A stretch of DNA of 64,000 nucleotides, from positions 71,920,001 through 71,984,000 of the forward strand of contig OX597820.1 in assembly GCA_951406725.2 (NCBI GenBank), in the 5' to 3' direction. This DNA comes from Octopus vulgaris. Lineage: Eukaryota. Positions 1 to 12,530 of the stretch are shown here, piece by piece. Under the pieces are notes generated by a model. The model was not told the origin of the DNA, searched no databases, and saw only the letters and a program-made list of their open reading frames with translations. The translations under genes were made by a program, and so were the position numbers. The stretch's first letter is position 1, and the number at the start of each line of letters is the position of its first letter.

Positions 1-170
1 ACACTCAACATCCAAACCCTATCTACCCATCCCTACAAAACACTGAAGAGATGGAGCTAGCATGGAGGATATTGTGACCTCTTGGTAGAAATGGCCATAA
101 GGAACTGATCTTTTAATCTTTTACTCATTTATGTATTGCTATTATTACTATTACTAGTATATATATTTGT

Positions 171-375
171 TATTTCTTTATTGCCCACAAGGGGCTAAAC
201 ATAGAGAGAACCAACAAGGACAGACAAAGGGATTAAGTCGATTAGATCGACCCCAGTGTGTAACTGGAACCTATTTAATCAACCCCGAAAGGATGAAAGG
301 CAAAGTCGACCTCGGTGGAATTTGAACTCAGAACGTAACGGCTGACAAAATACCGCTAAGCATTTCGCCCAGTGT
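171..375 (-). mobile_element. tRNA-derived SINE family B (5'-truncated copy)
   Basis: Reverse complement matches + strand copies at 43182, 43475, 48975 and 60720-61152 (GTTCTGAGTTCAAATTCC box B; core GGTCGACTTTGCCTTTCATCCTTTCGGGG). Confidence 0.85.
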
Positions 376-500
376 AGCACACCGTCTTTGCATGTGCAGC
401 TATTGTTATAATATTCACTTTCGTTTTGGAATAAATAGACATAATAGAATGTCTACAAGCTGATGTATGTCATTCTTGTATCCCCTCCATTTTCTTTTTG

Positions 501-886
501 CAGGAGTGGCTGTGTGGTAAGTAGCTTGTTTACCAACCACATGGTTCCGGGTTCAGTCCCACTGCGTGGCATCTTGGGCAAGTGTCTTCTACTATAGCCT
601 TGGGCCGACCAAAGCCTTGTGAGTGGATTTGGTAGGCGGAAACTGAAAGAAGCCCGTTGTATGTATATATATGTGTGCGTGTATGTTTGTGTTTGTCCCC
701 TTATCATTGCTTGACAACCGATGCTGGTGTGTTTATGTCCCCGTCACTTAGCGATTCAGCAAAAGAGACCGATAGAATAAGTACTGGGCTTACAAAGAAT
801 AAGTCCCGGGGTCGAGTTGCTCGATTAAAGGCGGTGCTCCAGCATGGCCACAGTCAAATGACTGAAACAAGTAAAAGAGTAAAGAG
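501..886 (+). mobile_element. tRNA-derived SINE family A (octopus-type, central microsatellite), near full length
   Basis: Head GGAGTGGCTGTGTGGTAAG...GGTTCAGTCCC, CORE-like CTTGGGCAAGTGTCTT, central TA/TG tract, 3' end GACTGAAACAAGTAAAAGAG; about 20 or more related copies in the window. Confidence 0.9.
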
Positions 887-914
887 ATTATACGTGTGTG
901 TGTGTGTGTGTATG

Positions 915-1140
915 AATGTGTGTTTTTTTTGTCTTGCCATCATGTGATAGTTGTAAATGAGCATCATACAAACTGTCATTCATTTCTAACATTCTGTGCA
1001 AATATTTCTGGCCATTGAAAAATATTACAGGTGGGAATTTTTGACAGGAATGGCATCTGGTCATAAAAGATTTGTCTCAATAAAGCCATCCAACCCATGC
1101 AAGTGGCAATGTTTGTACATTAAAACAGTGATAATGATGA
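915..1140 (+). mobile_element. SINE-like family C module with RTE-type 3' tail (degraded)
   Basis: Similar to 7860-8105, 11035-11185, 20865-21290 and the reverse of 44252-44470; ends in a CCCATGCAAG...(GAT)n-like tail. Confidence 0.6.
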
Positions 1141-1665
1141 TCATCATCATTATATCCTACACTATTGATCTTTTACTCTTGAGAACTTCAAGCTTTCACT
1201 ATCAATTATCTCAAAACAAACTCAACTAAGGTGTTAGAATTTAAATTCAATTATTGTGTTGAAGTCTCATTATTGCATTAAATAATATTTGATTTCAGTA
1301 GGTAAACAGCTGGTTATTTCATTAAATTTTGTGTAATATTTTATTATTTTAGCTGCTAAAACACAGAGATTATGATCATTTTATAAATATAGTTACAAAT
1401 GGGTGAAATGCAAATAAAGTTACTGCTTTTGACACATGACAAACTTATGAATATTGCTGTTTATTTATTGGCACCCCCTAAATTTGAAACAACTTTTATC
1501 TGCATTATATGTTACTTGGCTTGTCACTTTAGAGCTTCTCTGTTAAAGCATGTACATTCTGAAGTACCATAGAGCTCAGTCATCTCTCATTTAATATTCA
1601 TCCTTTTGTATATTAATTTTCCTTTCACAGCTAACATTTCATTTGTGATGACAAATGTTTATAGA

Positions 1666-1734
1666 AAATCTTCCAGCAATTCCTTATACGAAATCTTCCA
1701 GCAATTCCTTATACGAAATCTTCCAGCAACTCCT
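1666..1734. repeat. 25-bp tandem repeat, ~2.8 copies (AAATCTTCCAGCAATTCCTTATACG)
   Basis: Direct repeats start at 1666, 1691 and 1716. Confidence 0.9.
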
Positions 1735-1894
1735 CACATTTCTAATACATCACAAACATTGGTTTTGTCATGATCATACAGTAAACATGGTGCAAATACT
1801 TCAAATATCACAATATCGACCGGGCCATCAGATGTTATTATACACTGCTGGTCACAATGCACTCCCAAGTCTGTCTTGATTGTGCCATTTTTTT

Positions 1895-2038
1895 CTAGCT
1901 TGACTCAGACCTTCCAAGTAGCCTTTTCTGATCTCTTGTATACCACTTCACAACTGCATGGGTCCACCTGTTGTCTATGAACATTGCAACATGTCTGGCC
2001 CAACAGAGCTTGAACTTTTGGTACTTTGTGATCACATT
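1895..2038 (-). mobile_element. RTE-clade LINE C-terminal coding fragment (degenerate)
   Basis: Translates to NVITKYQKFKLCWARHVAMFIDNRWTHAVVKWYTRDQKRLLGRS, matching the RTE W-A-G-H-V-x-R..D-N-R-W..W-x-P..K-R..G-R motif. Confidence 0.75.
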
Positions 2039-2159
2039 CTAACAAAATTATTTAAGAATTTTTCAGTTCAAATTACTTCTATGTAATTAATCCTTCATTT
2101 AATGTGTTTCTGGTAAGTGACAATCAGATTTGTAAATAATAAAAATAGTTATATATGGA

Positions 2160-2475
2160 GTAAAGAACCACTTTGGTCGTGAGTGACCATGAGATTGTAT
2201 CTAGAAAGTTATCCTCCAAGGCACAAGTCCAGGCAAGATCATTTATGGAAGACCAGCAGTAGGCCATGCATGCCATCAATCTTCTCGAAGGGATATGTAA
2301 CGGCCGATGCAGTTTGGCACCAGTGATGTCAACTAATTTCATCAGTTGAGTGAACTGGAAGAATGTGAAATAAAGTGTCTTGCTCAAGAACACACACAAC
2401 CCAATCTGGGAATCAAACTCACTACCTCGCGATTGTTAGCCCAATACTCTAACCACCAAGCCATATGCCTTCACA
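2160..2475 (-). mobile_element. tRNA-derived SINE family D
   Basis: Colinear with 13333-13662 and 29451-29793; tRNA-like head at the right end and CORE-like TTGAGCAAGACACTTTATTTCAC on the minus strand. Confidence 0.85.
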
Positions 2476-2919
2476 GTTATATATAATACACATTATATAT
2501 GGTGTTGGGTGATATGATACCTGTAATGTTGATGTCATGATTGTCATCCTCATCATCATTTTACATCCACTTTCCATGCCTTGGATGATTTATTATAGTT
2601 CAAGCTGGTTCCCATTTAGTGTTACTATTCTCCTATGCAGTTTGAAGGAATCATCTCACTTTGTATGTTCTATCTAGGGCATGATTTCTATGGCTAGATG
2701 CCCTTTCTGATACCAACCACTTTAAAAAGTGTACTGGATTTATTTTCTCATCACTTCAACACAAAAGATGCAATCATGGCCCAGACTAAAAGTCCCTACC
2801 TTGTCTCTACTCATTTAATAACCACTTTACAAAGTGCACAAGAATGGAAAATATTTGAGAGATAATTGCATAGAATTTCTTTTCACTCTTCTTTAATTTT
2901 ATTTAACCTATCTTTGCAG

Positions 2920-3031
2920 ACTTGGAATTCCAGAAAATCAGCTGATTCCTGTTACTGAAGCTGACATTGCTAAAGCAAAGTCCTTAAAAAACAGATTATT
3001 TGTTAAAAGTAACAGACTTTGGCTTCAAGAG
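2920..3031 (+). CDS. SPO11: Internal coding exon of meiotic double-strand-break protein SPO11 (penultimate coding segment)
   Basis: Pyrimidine-rich acceptor ...tctttgcag|, donor GAG|gttagt, 112 nt = 1 + 37 codons. Peptide LGIPENQLIPVTEADIAKAKSLKNRLFVKSNRLWLQE aligns without gaps to human SPO11 LNVPKDSLIPLTKRDQMKLDSILRRPYVTCQPFWRKE (13/37 identities; human sequence recalled from memory). Confidence 0.8.
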
Positions 3032-4174
3032 GTTAGTTATCAGATATACATACAGTTTTTGTTTCCTGTCTTTTTTATATCACTTAGAGAAGAAAATAAC
3101 AGCACCCATGACCATTTTCAGAGCACCACTGAAAGTGAGAAAATTATCCTCAAACCAAAACCCAGGTCCAAAAAACAGGTACTTTGTGGAGTACAGATAC
3201 CTAAGAACACCTGGGTACCATTGTAGATACCAAAGTATCTGGTTGTTGTATCATTTTACTTCAAGTAATGTCATTTATATTCTGATACCTACACTACAGA
3301 AGAAAAAATTACTGTTTCTTGTTTTGTGTTTTTCTAAAGAATCATTAAGAATAATATTGGTGTTGATATTGAAAATCAGTTTAAAACTATTTCAATATAA
3401 GAAACACCATCATTCATTGATAAGGGAAGTGGATATTATGATTGATCTTGTAATGACTTAGATACATGCTGTTTCATAAAATAATCCAACTCTGATAGAT
3501 TTCTTTTTTTATATCTTGTATGGTTGTTAATTGATTAATTGAAAACTATTCCTTTAAAATTATTTCCTTTCTGAAAATCTATTTTCTTTGTTCATTTTTT
3601 AAGTAGGCAGCTTCAGTGTTGATTAATGTATGTATGGATGTGTGTGTGTGTGTGTGTGTGTGTGCGCATGTGTGTGTTTGTGAGGATGTGTGTATATGCG
3701 GAGTGTGTGGTGCTATCTCGTTTGTGTAGATTTCTTTTTCCATTTTGTCAGAGAATATGTAAATGATGCAAGAGTCTCTAATGGATTTATGTAGTCATTT
3801 AATAGGCTTAGCAAGCTACTGTTATAACATCTATATCTTACTTTTCTTATCAGGTTGATGAGTCAATTCCAAAGATTTTAAGTCTTTTAGAATTTAGCAA
3901 AAGATTCATTGCTATTCAGTGATATTACTTTCATTTCATAGTGATTCCTGGGTTGAAAATAGAGATTGGGAATATGTTGACATCTGTGAAGCACAGGCAT
4001 GGCTGTTTCATTAAGACATTTATTTCATTATCTAGGTCTTATATTTGGTCCTATTGTGTTCCCTTTGAGGTAGGTTTCTTCCATTATAGCAATCCTGGAC
4101 CAACCAGTGAATTTAGTAGCCCCTTGTGTAGTTATATGTCTGTATGTATATATGTGTGTGTGTGTGTATATATA

Positions 4175-4652
<478 letters not shown>

Positions 4653-4822
4653 AATAGATGTGTGTATTTTTCCCTTGTTAACAATTAACAGGGAAAAAAT
4701 ATAAATAGTTACCAGGGTAGCAAAAAATCATACAAGTAAAAAGGTTGTAACTCCATATTTTTAAAGGTAGAAAGTTCAGGTTTACGTGAAACATTTTGTA
4801 TAAATATATATATATATAAATA

Positions 4823-4880
4823 AATGGAGTTAAATGCAGGTGTTATTCAAATTTGAATAGCACCTGCGTTTAACTCCATT
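4823..4880. repeat. 58-bp near-perfect palindrome between TA-rich tracts
   Basis: AATGGAGTTAAATGCAGGTGTTATTCAAA|TTTGAATAGCACCTGCGTTTAACTCCATT; two T/C differences between arms. Confidence 0.9.
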
Positions 4881-4964
4881 CATATGTGTGTGTTTGTGTG
4901 TCTGTGTATATATTCATATATATATATATATTTATATATTTTTATATATATATATATATATATA

Positions 4965-6933
4965 TAAAGTGTTCTATTCTTATGCAAATAAGCATAGAAC
5001 CACTGTCTCACCCATTGGGCCATTGATTGATGATAACGGCTTTCCCCAACACGATGCTAAAGAAATGGCAGAAATACTGCAGAAACAATACTGCTCTGTC
5101 TTCAGTGTCCCCACTGATATTGACGTGAAGGAAACGAACGAAGTTGACTCCCAACACAAAATCGCAGACATAACCTTCACTGCCACCGACATCGTAGCAG
5201 CAATAAATGAGGTCAAACATTACTCTGCTGTAGGCCCTGATAGATTTCCCGCTAGTCTCCTGAAGGAATGTAGATATCAACTTGCAGTCCCTCTGACCAA
5301 CCTCTGGAGAAACTCGTTAGACGCAGGTTATATACCGAAACAGTTTCTATCCCAGTCGGTCATCCCGGTTTTCAAACAGGGAAACAGATCCCTCGCAGTC
5401 AACTATCGCCCAATCTTACTCACCTCCCACATCATTAAAGTGTTTGAAAGAGTGTTAAGATCAAGGATAGCTGACTTCCTGGAGACCCACAAACTCCTAA
5501 ATTCAAATCAGCATGGCTTTCGCTGTGGCAGGGACTGTCTAACACAGCTCTTACACCACATTGAAGATGTACTCAAAGCCTTGGGAACAGGTTCGAACTC
5601 TGACGTCATATATCTTGACTTCAGTAAAGCATTCGACAGGGTAGACCATAACATCCTACTCTCGAAATTGGCAAATGTTGGAATCCGTGGAAAAGTTCTA
5701 CACTGGATTAAGTATTTCCTGGTGAATAGAACGCAACATGTTGTAGTTGATGGAGTCCACTCAAACCCAGCAAAAGTCACCAGCGGTGTTCCCCAGGGAA
5801 CTGTTTTGGGTCCGCTACTCTTCATAATTTACGTAAACGACCTTTCCAGTGTCGTACATCACTGCAAAGTGAAAATATTCGCTGATGACACTAAGCTCCA
5901 GCAAATCGTCAATGAAGAAGCAGACCGAACTCAACTCCAGTCTGATCTATATGCTGTGAGTCAATGGGCAGACAGAAACAAAATGCAACTGAATGAGGGA
6001 AAATTTGAGCTGATGCATTTTGGAAGAAATTCCTCACTAAAACAACCATACTCTCTTCCTTCAGGGGAACCGCTCACAGCCTCTAACAATATCAGAGACC
6101 TGGGTGTAATTGTTGATGACGATCTCAGTTGGAGTGCACACATCAACAAGAAGGTTGATATAGCTCGTAGGATGAGTTCCTGGATCTTAAGAACTTTCCG
6201 GTCCAGAGAACAAGGTGTCATCATACCACTTTTTTCCTCCTTTGTACGGCCACACCTTGAATACTGCTGCCCACTGTGGTCTCCTCACACAAGACAAAAC
6301 ATCTCCAGAATTGAGTCACCCCAGAGGGCTCTCACTAAACAAATTGAAGGCATGGCTGCTCTCGATTATTGGGATCACCTTAAAACCTTGAAACTTTACT
6401 CCCTCCAGCGTCGCCGTGAGCGGTACATCATTTGTACGATGTGGAAAATATACCGCCAACTTTGCCTAAACGACCTAAACATTAGCTTCAAGGTCCATCC
6501 AAGACTTGGACCACGGGCTATACGTCCCCTGCCAAATTCAAGATCACAATATACATGTACACTGCAACATAATTTCTTTTCCTCAACAGGCCCTGCCCTA
6601 TTTAACATTGTCCCAAGGGAGATCAAAGAGGAAAAGGATCCCATCAACTTTAAACAGAGTCTGGATAGATTCCTTCAAAGAATACCAGATAAGCCACCCA
6701 TAATTGGATACATCTCACCCAACAAGAACTCACTACTTGAACAAAACTGGATACACCTCACCCAACAAGAACTCACTACTTGAACAAAACTGGATACAAC
6801 TCACCCAACAAGAACTCACTACTTGAACAAAACTTGACTTAAACAGGATTCGAATAATCCTATCAGGTGGTGCTATTAAGTTAGACATGGCCTGGACCAA
6901 TCTCTGGTCGAAACATATCTAGGTTTTATCTAA

Positions 6934-6938
<5 letters not shown>
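4965..6938 (+). mobile_element. 5'-truncated non-LTR retrotransposon (CR1/L2-type) with open reverse transcriptase frame
   Basis: About 605 stop-free codons with QHGFR, YLDFSKAFDRVDH, SGVPQGTVLGPLLF, FADD, RDLGV and VRPHLEYC motifs; no endonuclease domain; short 3' UTR and ATCTA(G/A)GTTTT x2 tail; (TA)n on both sides. The N-terminus of the listed ORF (4888-4965) is microsatellite. Confidence 0.92.
6705..6833 (+). repeat. 43-bp unit x3 at the end of the LINE ORF
   Basis: TGGATACA(T/C/A)CTCACCCAACAAGAACTCACTACTTGAACAAAAC at 6705, 6748 and 6791. Confidence 0.95.
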
Positions 6939-6970
<32 letters not shown>

Positions 6971-7053
6971 TTATATATATTATATATATATATATATATC
7001 GATATCTAAATATCGAAATTATATTTATATATATATTTATATATATTTTCTAT

Positions 7054-7121
<68 letters not shown>

Positions 7122-7125
<4 letters not shown>

Positions 7126-7550
7126 GGGAACTCAAAATTTATCCACACTTTCACCCTAACATATCTTTATTATTGTCACACTGCCTTCTGCGCATTCGTG
7201 CTTATAGTTGGTACTATTGTGGTCATGTGATCGAAGTTTGAGCCCGACCATGCCACTTTTTCTTCTAGCTTTACAGTGTAAGCATGGCCACTCCAGTAAC
7301 AATGTGCACCAAAGAAGGACAAAGAGCAGTGATCCGATTTCTCTGGTTGGAAGGAGTGTCAAGTGCTGAAATTCATTGGAAGCTTTTAGCACAATACGGA
7401 GACAGTACACTACCACATAGAAGTGTGTATGAGTGGATTGAGAAGTTTGAAAGTGACTGGATAAGTGTGATGCATGAAGAAGGAGCAGGACGCCTGTCAA
7501 CTTCCACACTGGCAAGAAGATTCAGCAAGCTCAAGAGATGGTAATGGTGA
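7122..7550 (+). mobile_element. mariner-like transposon 5' fragment (N-terminal HTH)
   Basis: ORF 7284-7544 contains QRAVIRFLWLEGVSSAEIH..QYGD...VYEWIEKF....GRLSTST, typical of the mariner HTH region. Confidence 0.8.
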
Positions 7551-9162
7551 ACCAGTTCATTACTACCATCTCTCGGATCACTGTTCTTTGTTCTTCTCTG
7601 GTGCACATTGCTAGTGAGAAGTTTTCTTGTTAAGTGTGAGTGAGATACCCAGCACTTCTAAACTCAATTTCACTGACGTGGGCTGGTTTTCTCAAGAACC
7701 TCATATCACCAGACATCTTGGTCCATTGTCATTTCCTCCATGAAGCCCAACATCCTGAGATCGGTCCTTACTACTTCATCTGTCTTCCTAGGTCTCCCTC
7801 TTCCACATGGAAGGCAGACATTAAGCGATGATGATGATGATGATACACACACATTATGCATGTATCTGTGTTATTATTTTTTTGCCTTGATATCATGTGA
7901 TAATTGTAAATGAATGCCACCATCAAACAAGTGGTGTTATCTGTGTCTGTAAAAAGTTGCTTTGTCATGAGAAAGTATTATCATACTTGGAAAAAGTTGA
8001 GTGTTAATGACATGAGGGGCATCCAGCCATAGAAAATTCCTCTCAACAAATTTCATCTGACACATGTGAGCATGGAAAAGTAGTCGTTAAAATGATGATG
8101 ATAATGTATTGCTCTCTCTTTCTCTCTCTCTATTCTCATTCTACCCCTTAGTCACTGAAAGAGATGTACATGCTCTAGGCTATTGAGTACTCTCTTCACT
8201 TACACTTTTACCCCTACCTCTCAACTACTTTTTGCAGGTCTTTCTGCTATCATTCCTCCTCTTATTTTTCTCCTCATTCTATACCCTTTCAAGTCACTCA
8301 GTACTCTTTATATTTACTATGAATAAGGCAGCCTTCCATTTGTGCTGGTGTCATGGTGTAACAACCCCACCAACCCCTATCGTGCTACTTTTACATGTGA
8401 CCAGGGCCCAATATACATGTGACTAGGCACCACATGTGAACTTGTATTCCCATTGAAATTCTGAACATGAACTCTACACCTCCACAGCAAATGTGACCTG
8501 TGACTATGGCACCTGCAATATCCAGCATGCTTGCTCTTCCACTGTGACATTTACCAAATTTACAAACTGGAATTTTGGGTTGTGGGCAGAAGTACTACTT
8601 TACTGGAACATTGGGATCCATTACAACCTTGACTGTGGCCGATTGTTAGATGTGGTCAGCATTCGTGAGGGACATTGTGAACCTGCTGGTCAGAGCTGGC
8701 TCAACCCACTACAATTGAATACTACCACAAGTATAGGTGATTTCTGAATGCAGCTACCTCCCTAGTGCCACTTATGTATCCAATACTCATTGTAAACTGG
8801 TTGGTAAATGAACAAAAAGCCATAGAATTTTGAGGTTTCATTAATCTGGTCTTCCCGAGGACTGCCCAGCCTATCTAGTGTTGGTGCTATTAGAAGATTC
8901 ATCAAGTACCCTCTGTAAGGTGGTTAGCAATAGGAAAGGTATCCATCCATAGAGCTCAAGTCAAAATAGTATGTACAAGCACCAGTTTATGAGAGCAGTG
9001 GCTCCCAATAAGCAATGACTCAGACCATTATGACCTATCCATCCCCTACCAGCTTGTAAAGCAGACATGCAGTAATAATGGTGACCATGATGATATATAA
9101 GCACATACATATATACATACACAAATACATATGTATACACACATATACATAATACATTACGT

Positions 9163-9510
9163 AGGGGCATGTGGTAAGAAATTTGCTTCCCAACCATATG
9201 GTTCCAGGTTCAGTCCCACTTTGTGGCACCTCAAGCAGGTGTCTTCTACTATGGTCTTGGGCTGGCCAAAGCCTTATGAGTGTATCTGGTAGACAGAAAC
9301 TGAAAGAAGCCAGCTGTGTGTGTGTTTGTCCTCCACCACTGCTAGACAACTGGTGTTGGTTTGTTTATATCCTTCTTACTTAGTAGTTTGGCAAAAACAC
9401 TATATTTTAAAAAATAAATCCTGAGGTTGATTTATTCGACTACAAATTCTTCAAGGAGATGCTCCAGTATGGGTGCAGTCTAATGCAAGTAAAAAATAAA
9501 AGATAAAAGA
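9163..9510 (+). mobile_element. SINE family A (diverged)
   Basis: Colinear with 501-886. Confidence 0.8.
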
Positions 9511-10368
9511 TATGTGTGCGTGTACATTTATACATATGCATGTATTTATAAACATGTGTGTGGGTGCATATATATTTATATATATATATACACACATGTA
9601 TGCATATTTGTATAAACATATGTGTAGTGATTCTGTATGTATCTGTGCAGTTTATTAAACTATTTAAATATAGGGCAACAAACAACAGAAGTAGTGCAAG
9701 AAAAGAATCTTTTTAAATCCTGACTCAAAAGTGCAGTAGTTGACCTGAATAGAAGAAACAATACTTTACCCACATCAGCACACAAGGCGACCTCCCCTAA
9801 TAAATCCATTGTTAGTGCCCCACATCCTACTTCCTCACATATATCAAAGTTTTTTACTTATAAATACCAGGTCTGTTAACAAATGTGTAAATGGTGCATA
9901 ATCCCTGATGTGAGGTATATGATACAGAATAACACATGTTGAAAAACATGTTCTATTTTGTTTTGACGGGGAAAGAAGAAAGAAATGTTGGTGAAGAATT
10001 TATATACATACACCATTAGTTTTGCTGTGAGACATTGAATCTGTATTTGACACTCCAAAAGTACATAAAAAAATGTCATCATAAAATGTACAACATATTA
10101 ACTACCAGATGTGCAAATTGTAGCACAAATTTTGACCAAAGTTTCATTATGAAGGAAATGATTTTAACCCCTGACTCAGTTTCACTAGAGTATAATTGTG
10201 TCAGGCACAGACGTGGTTGTGTGGCTAAGAAGCTTGCCTCCTAACCATGTGGTTTTAGGTTCAGTTCTGCTGCACAGCACTGTGGGTAAGTGTCTTTCTA
10301 CTATAATCCCAGGCTCACCAAAGTTTTGTGAGTAGATTTAATTGACTGGAACTAAAAGCAGCCTGTCT

Positions 10369-10421
<53 letters not shown>

Positions 10422-10761
10422 GTATGTGTATATATGTATATATAAGACAAGGTATTACTAATAGGCTTTACATATTTTTTCATTCTTGCAAAAAAGCTGT
10501 TAGTTGAATTTATAAGAATAAAGAAATATGTAAAGACCATTATTTATACCTTGTCTTGTATATGACTGCATAAACAACAGTTTTTAACTGGGAATACAAC
10601 CATGGATTTACAGTAGAGAATGGTGATGAACTATAACCTTGGACCCTGCCATAAGCATATACAGAGTTCTTTACTAATCTAAAACATTTTGTTAGCCTTG
10701 TGTATTTGTATTAACACAGAGCTTATAAAGTATTTGATAATCCCTTATTAATAACTGTTTA

Positions 10762-10954
10762 TATATATAATATATAATGAAATGATTGTATACAGTGCTC
10801 AGGTGCACCACAACTCGTCAATAGTACGTATAAAGCATATGCAGCAATGTACAAATATCTGGGAAGTGAACAGTGTATGAGTCAGATACATGCTTGCATG
10901 TGTATGGAGGGGAGAAAATCAGATGGAGTGTTGGCAAATCTCAGGAAGCATGGG
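10762..10954 (-). mobile_element. Probable LINE 3'-end fragment
   Basis: Minus strand reads ...SMLPEICQH* followed by a short UTR and an ATT-rich tail; family assignment is from memory only. Confidence 0.4.
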
Positions 10955-11824
10955 AGGCACCCAAAGGGCTAGGTTAGGGTTAGTGTTAAACTATAAGTGT
11001 TAAACTATATATGTTATAACATATAAGGTGTTGTGAGAGACGTGTCTAACTATGGGGAAATATTACCTTATTAAGAAACTGGTGAAAGTTTTCAACAGGA
11101 AGGGCTACAGAAAATCTACCTCAGCAAATTCCACCTGACTCATGCAAGCATGGAAAAGGGGGAAAATTAAATGACAATAACAGTGAGAATTAGTTTACAG
11201 AACTGTAAGAATATTGGACTGGTTCTTTTGCAGTATATATTGAAATTGTAGTCGTGGCCAGTGCTGCCTGACTGGTACCTATGCTGGTGGCATGAAATAA
11301 GTACCATTCGAGTGTGGGTTGATGCTAATCCTGCCTGACTGGCTCCCTGTGCCTGTGGAATGTAAAAATCACCATCCAAACATTGTTGATGCCAGTGCTC
11401 GCTGACTGGCTCCCATGCCAGTGGCATGTAAAAAGCACCATGTGAACGCATGGCTTACTGGCTCACATGCTGGTGGCACATAAAAAGCACCATCCGGACG
11501 TAGTCAGTGCTAGTGCCTCTTGACTGGCTCTCGTGCTGGTGGCACATAAAAAGCACCCACTACACTCTCTGAGTGGTTGGCATCCAGCTCTAGAAACATT
11601 ACCAGATCAGATTGGAGAATGGCACAGCCTCCTGGATTGCCAGACCTCAGTCAAACTGTCCAACCCATGCCAGCATGGAAAACGGACGTTAAACAACAAT
11701 GATGATGATGATTCCTCTATTTTCTTTTGGTTTTGAGTTCAAATCCTACCATGGCTTGCTTGAGTGGTAGTCTTACTTCATTGTCCAGTTTAACACTAAC
11801 CCTAACCTGGCCCGTTGGGTGCCT
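10955..11824. repeat. 38-bp inverted repeat pair containing TTAGGG motifs
   Basis: 10955-10992 AGGCACCCAAAGGGCTAGGTTAGGGTTAGTGTTAAACT versus the reverse complement of 11787-11824: 36/38 identical. Confidence 0.85.
11240..11712 (+). mobile_element. RTE LINE 3' UTR fragment with internal ~60-bp repeats and (GAT)n tail
   Basis: Repeated GGTGGCA(C/T)(A/G)TAAAAAGCACC motif; tail CCATGCCAGCATGGAAAACGGACGTTAAA; same module adjoins the RTE ORF at 61161-62210. Confidence 0.8.
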
Positions 11825-12095
11825 TTACCAGAATCTATTCTGTTGCAATCATTTGGGTTAGATTTCTGGTCTGAGGTTGCCATCTTCCTGTCACCTCTGA
11901 GTTTTGACAGTTCTGTAATGGATCATGGGCTCCTGACTAAAGAAAATAAAGATTAAAAAGAGAAGTCAGCATGATTAAACAATAAGTAAATTGAGAATGT
12001 ATTGGTGACATTCATTACAGGGGAAGACCCATCTTGCCTGTATAGGCATGGTGAAAACAGGTGTTAGAAATTTGTATACATATGTGTATATATAT

Positions 12096-12530
12096 CTGCT
12101 GGATGGAGGGTGACAGTCTTGCAAAGATAGTTTTCTATGCTGAACTGTGTCAGGGCAAGTGGAACCATGGTGGCCAGAGGTTGCAATACAGAGGTGTGCT
12201 GAAAAAATATATGAAGAACTCCAGGATCTCTCTAGATACCTGAGAGGAGAAGACCCTGCTGCACGATGAATGGTTCCAGTTACTGAAGCTTGTATTTCCA
12301 GCCATTGAAGAGAAACAATAGAGAGAATATGAAAGAGCACATGAGAAGTACAACTTCTCTATTGTATCAAATAACTTCACCCACAGCAACAGATGTCATT
12401 GCTGCTCAGTTCAAAAGCAGGTCTTGTAGCCCACATTTGAGCCTGGCAGAGACGATTACGAAACAAGATCAGTCAACATTAACCTACAATGGACAGCAGC
12501 AGCAGCAGCAGCAGCAGAAGAAGAAGAAGG
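12096..12530 (+). mobile_element. RTE/BovB-like LINE 3' fragment (degenerate)
   Basis: WMEGDSLAKIVFYAELCQGKWNHGGQRLQYRGVLKKYMK resembles the RTE R-M..R-L-P-K..Y-G-E-L..G-K-R..G-G-Q motif; ends in (CAG)n(AAG)n. Confidence 0.72.

Noticed and set aside
43-105. CTGAAGA...GAAA-TGGCCA-TA hammerhead-like string
   Set aside because: Helix III is palindromic, but helices I and II do not pair convincingly.
3000-3461. 153-aa ORF overlapping the exon
   Set aside because: Different frame from the SPO11-like peptide, runs through the splice donor, and has no recognisable motifs.
3854-3922. Possible terminal exon (cag|VDESIPKILSLLEFSKRFIAIQ*)
   Set aside because: The acceptor is plausible and the phase fits, but there is no resemblance to the SPO11 KAEIQ..YLP C-terminus; unsupported without transcripts.
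4980-6703. Short ORFs overlapping the LINE on the opposite strand or in other frames
   Set aside because: Shadow frames of the RT coding sequence.
6705-6833. CRISPR-like appearance of the 43-bp repeats (and the ~62-bp RTE UTR repeats)
   Set aside because: No unique spacers, no cas genes, eukaryotic LINE context.
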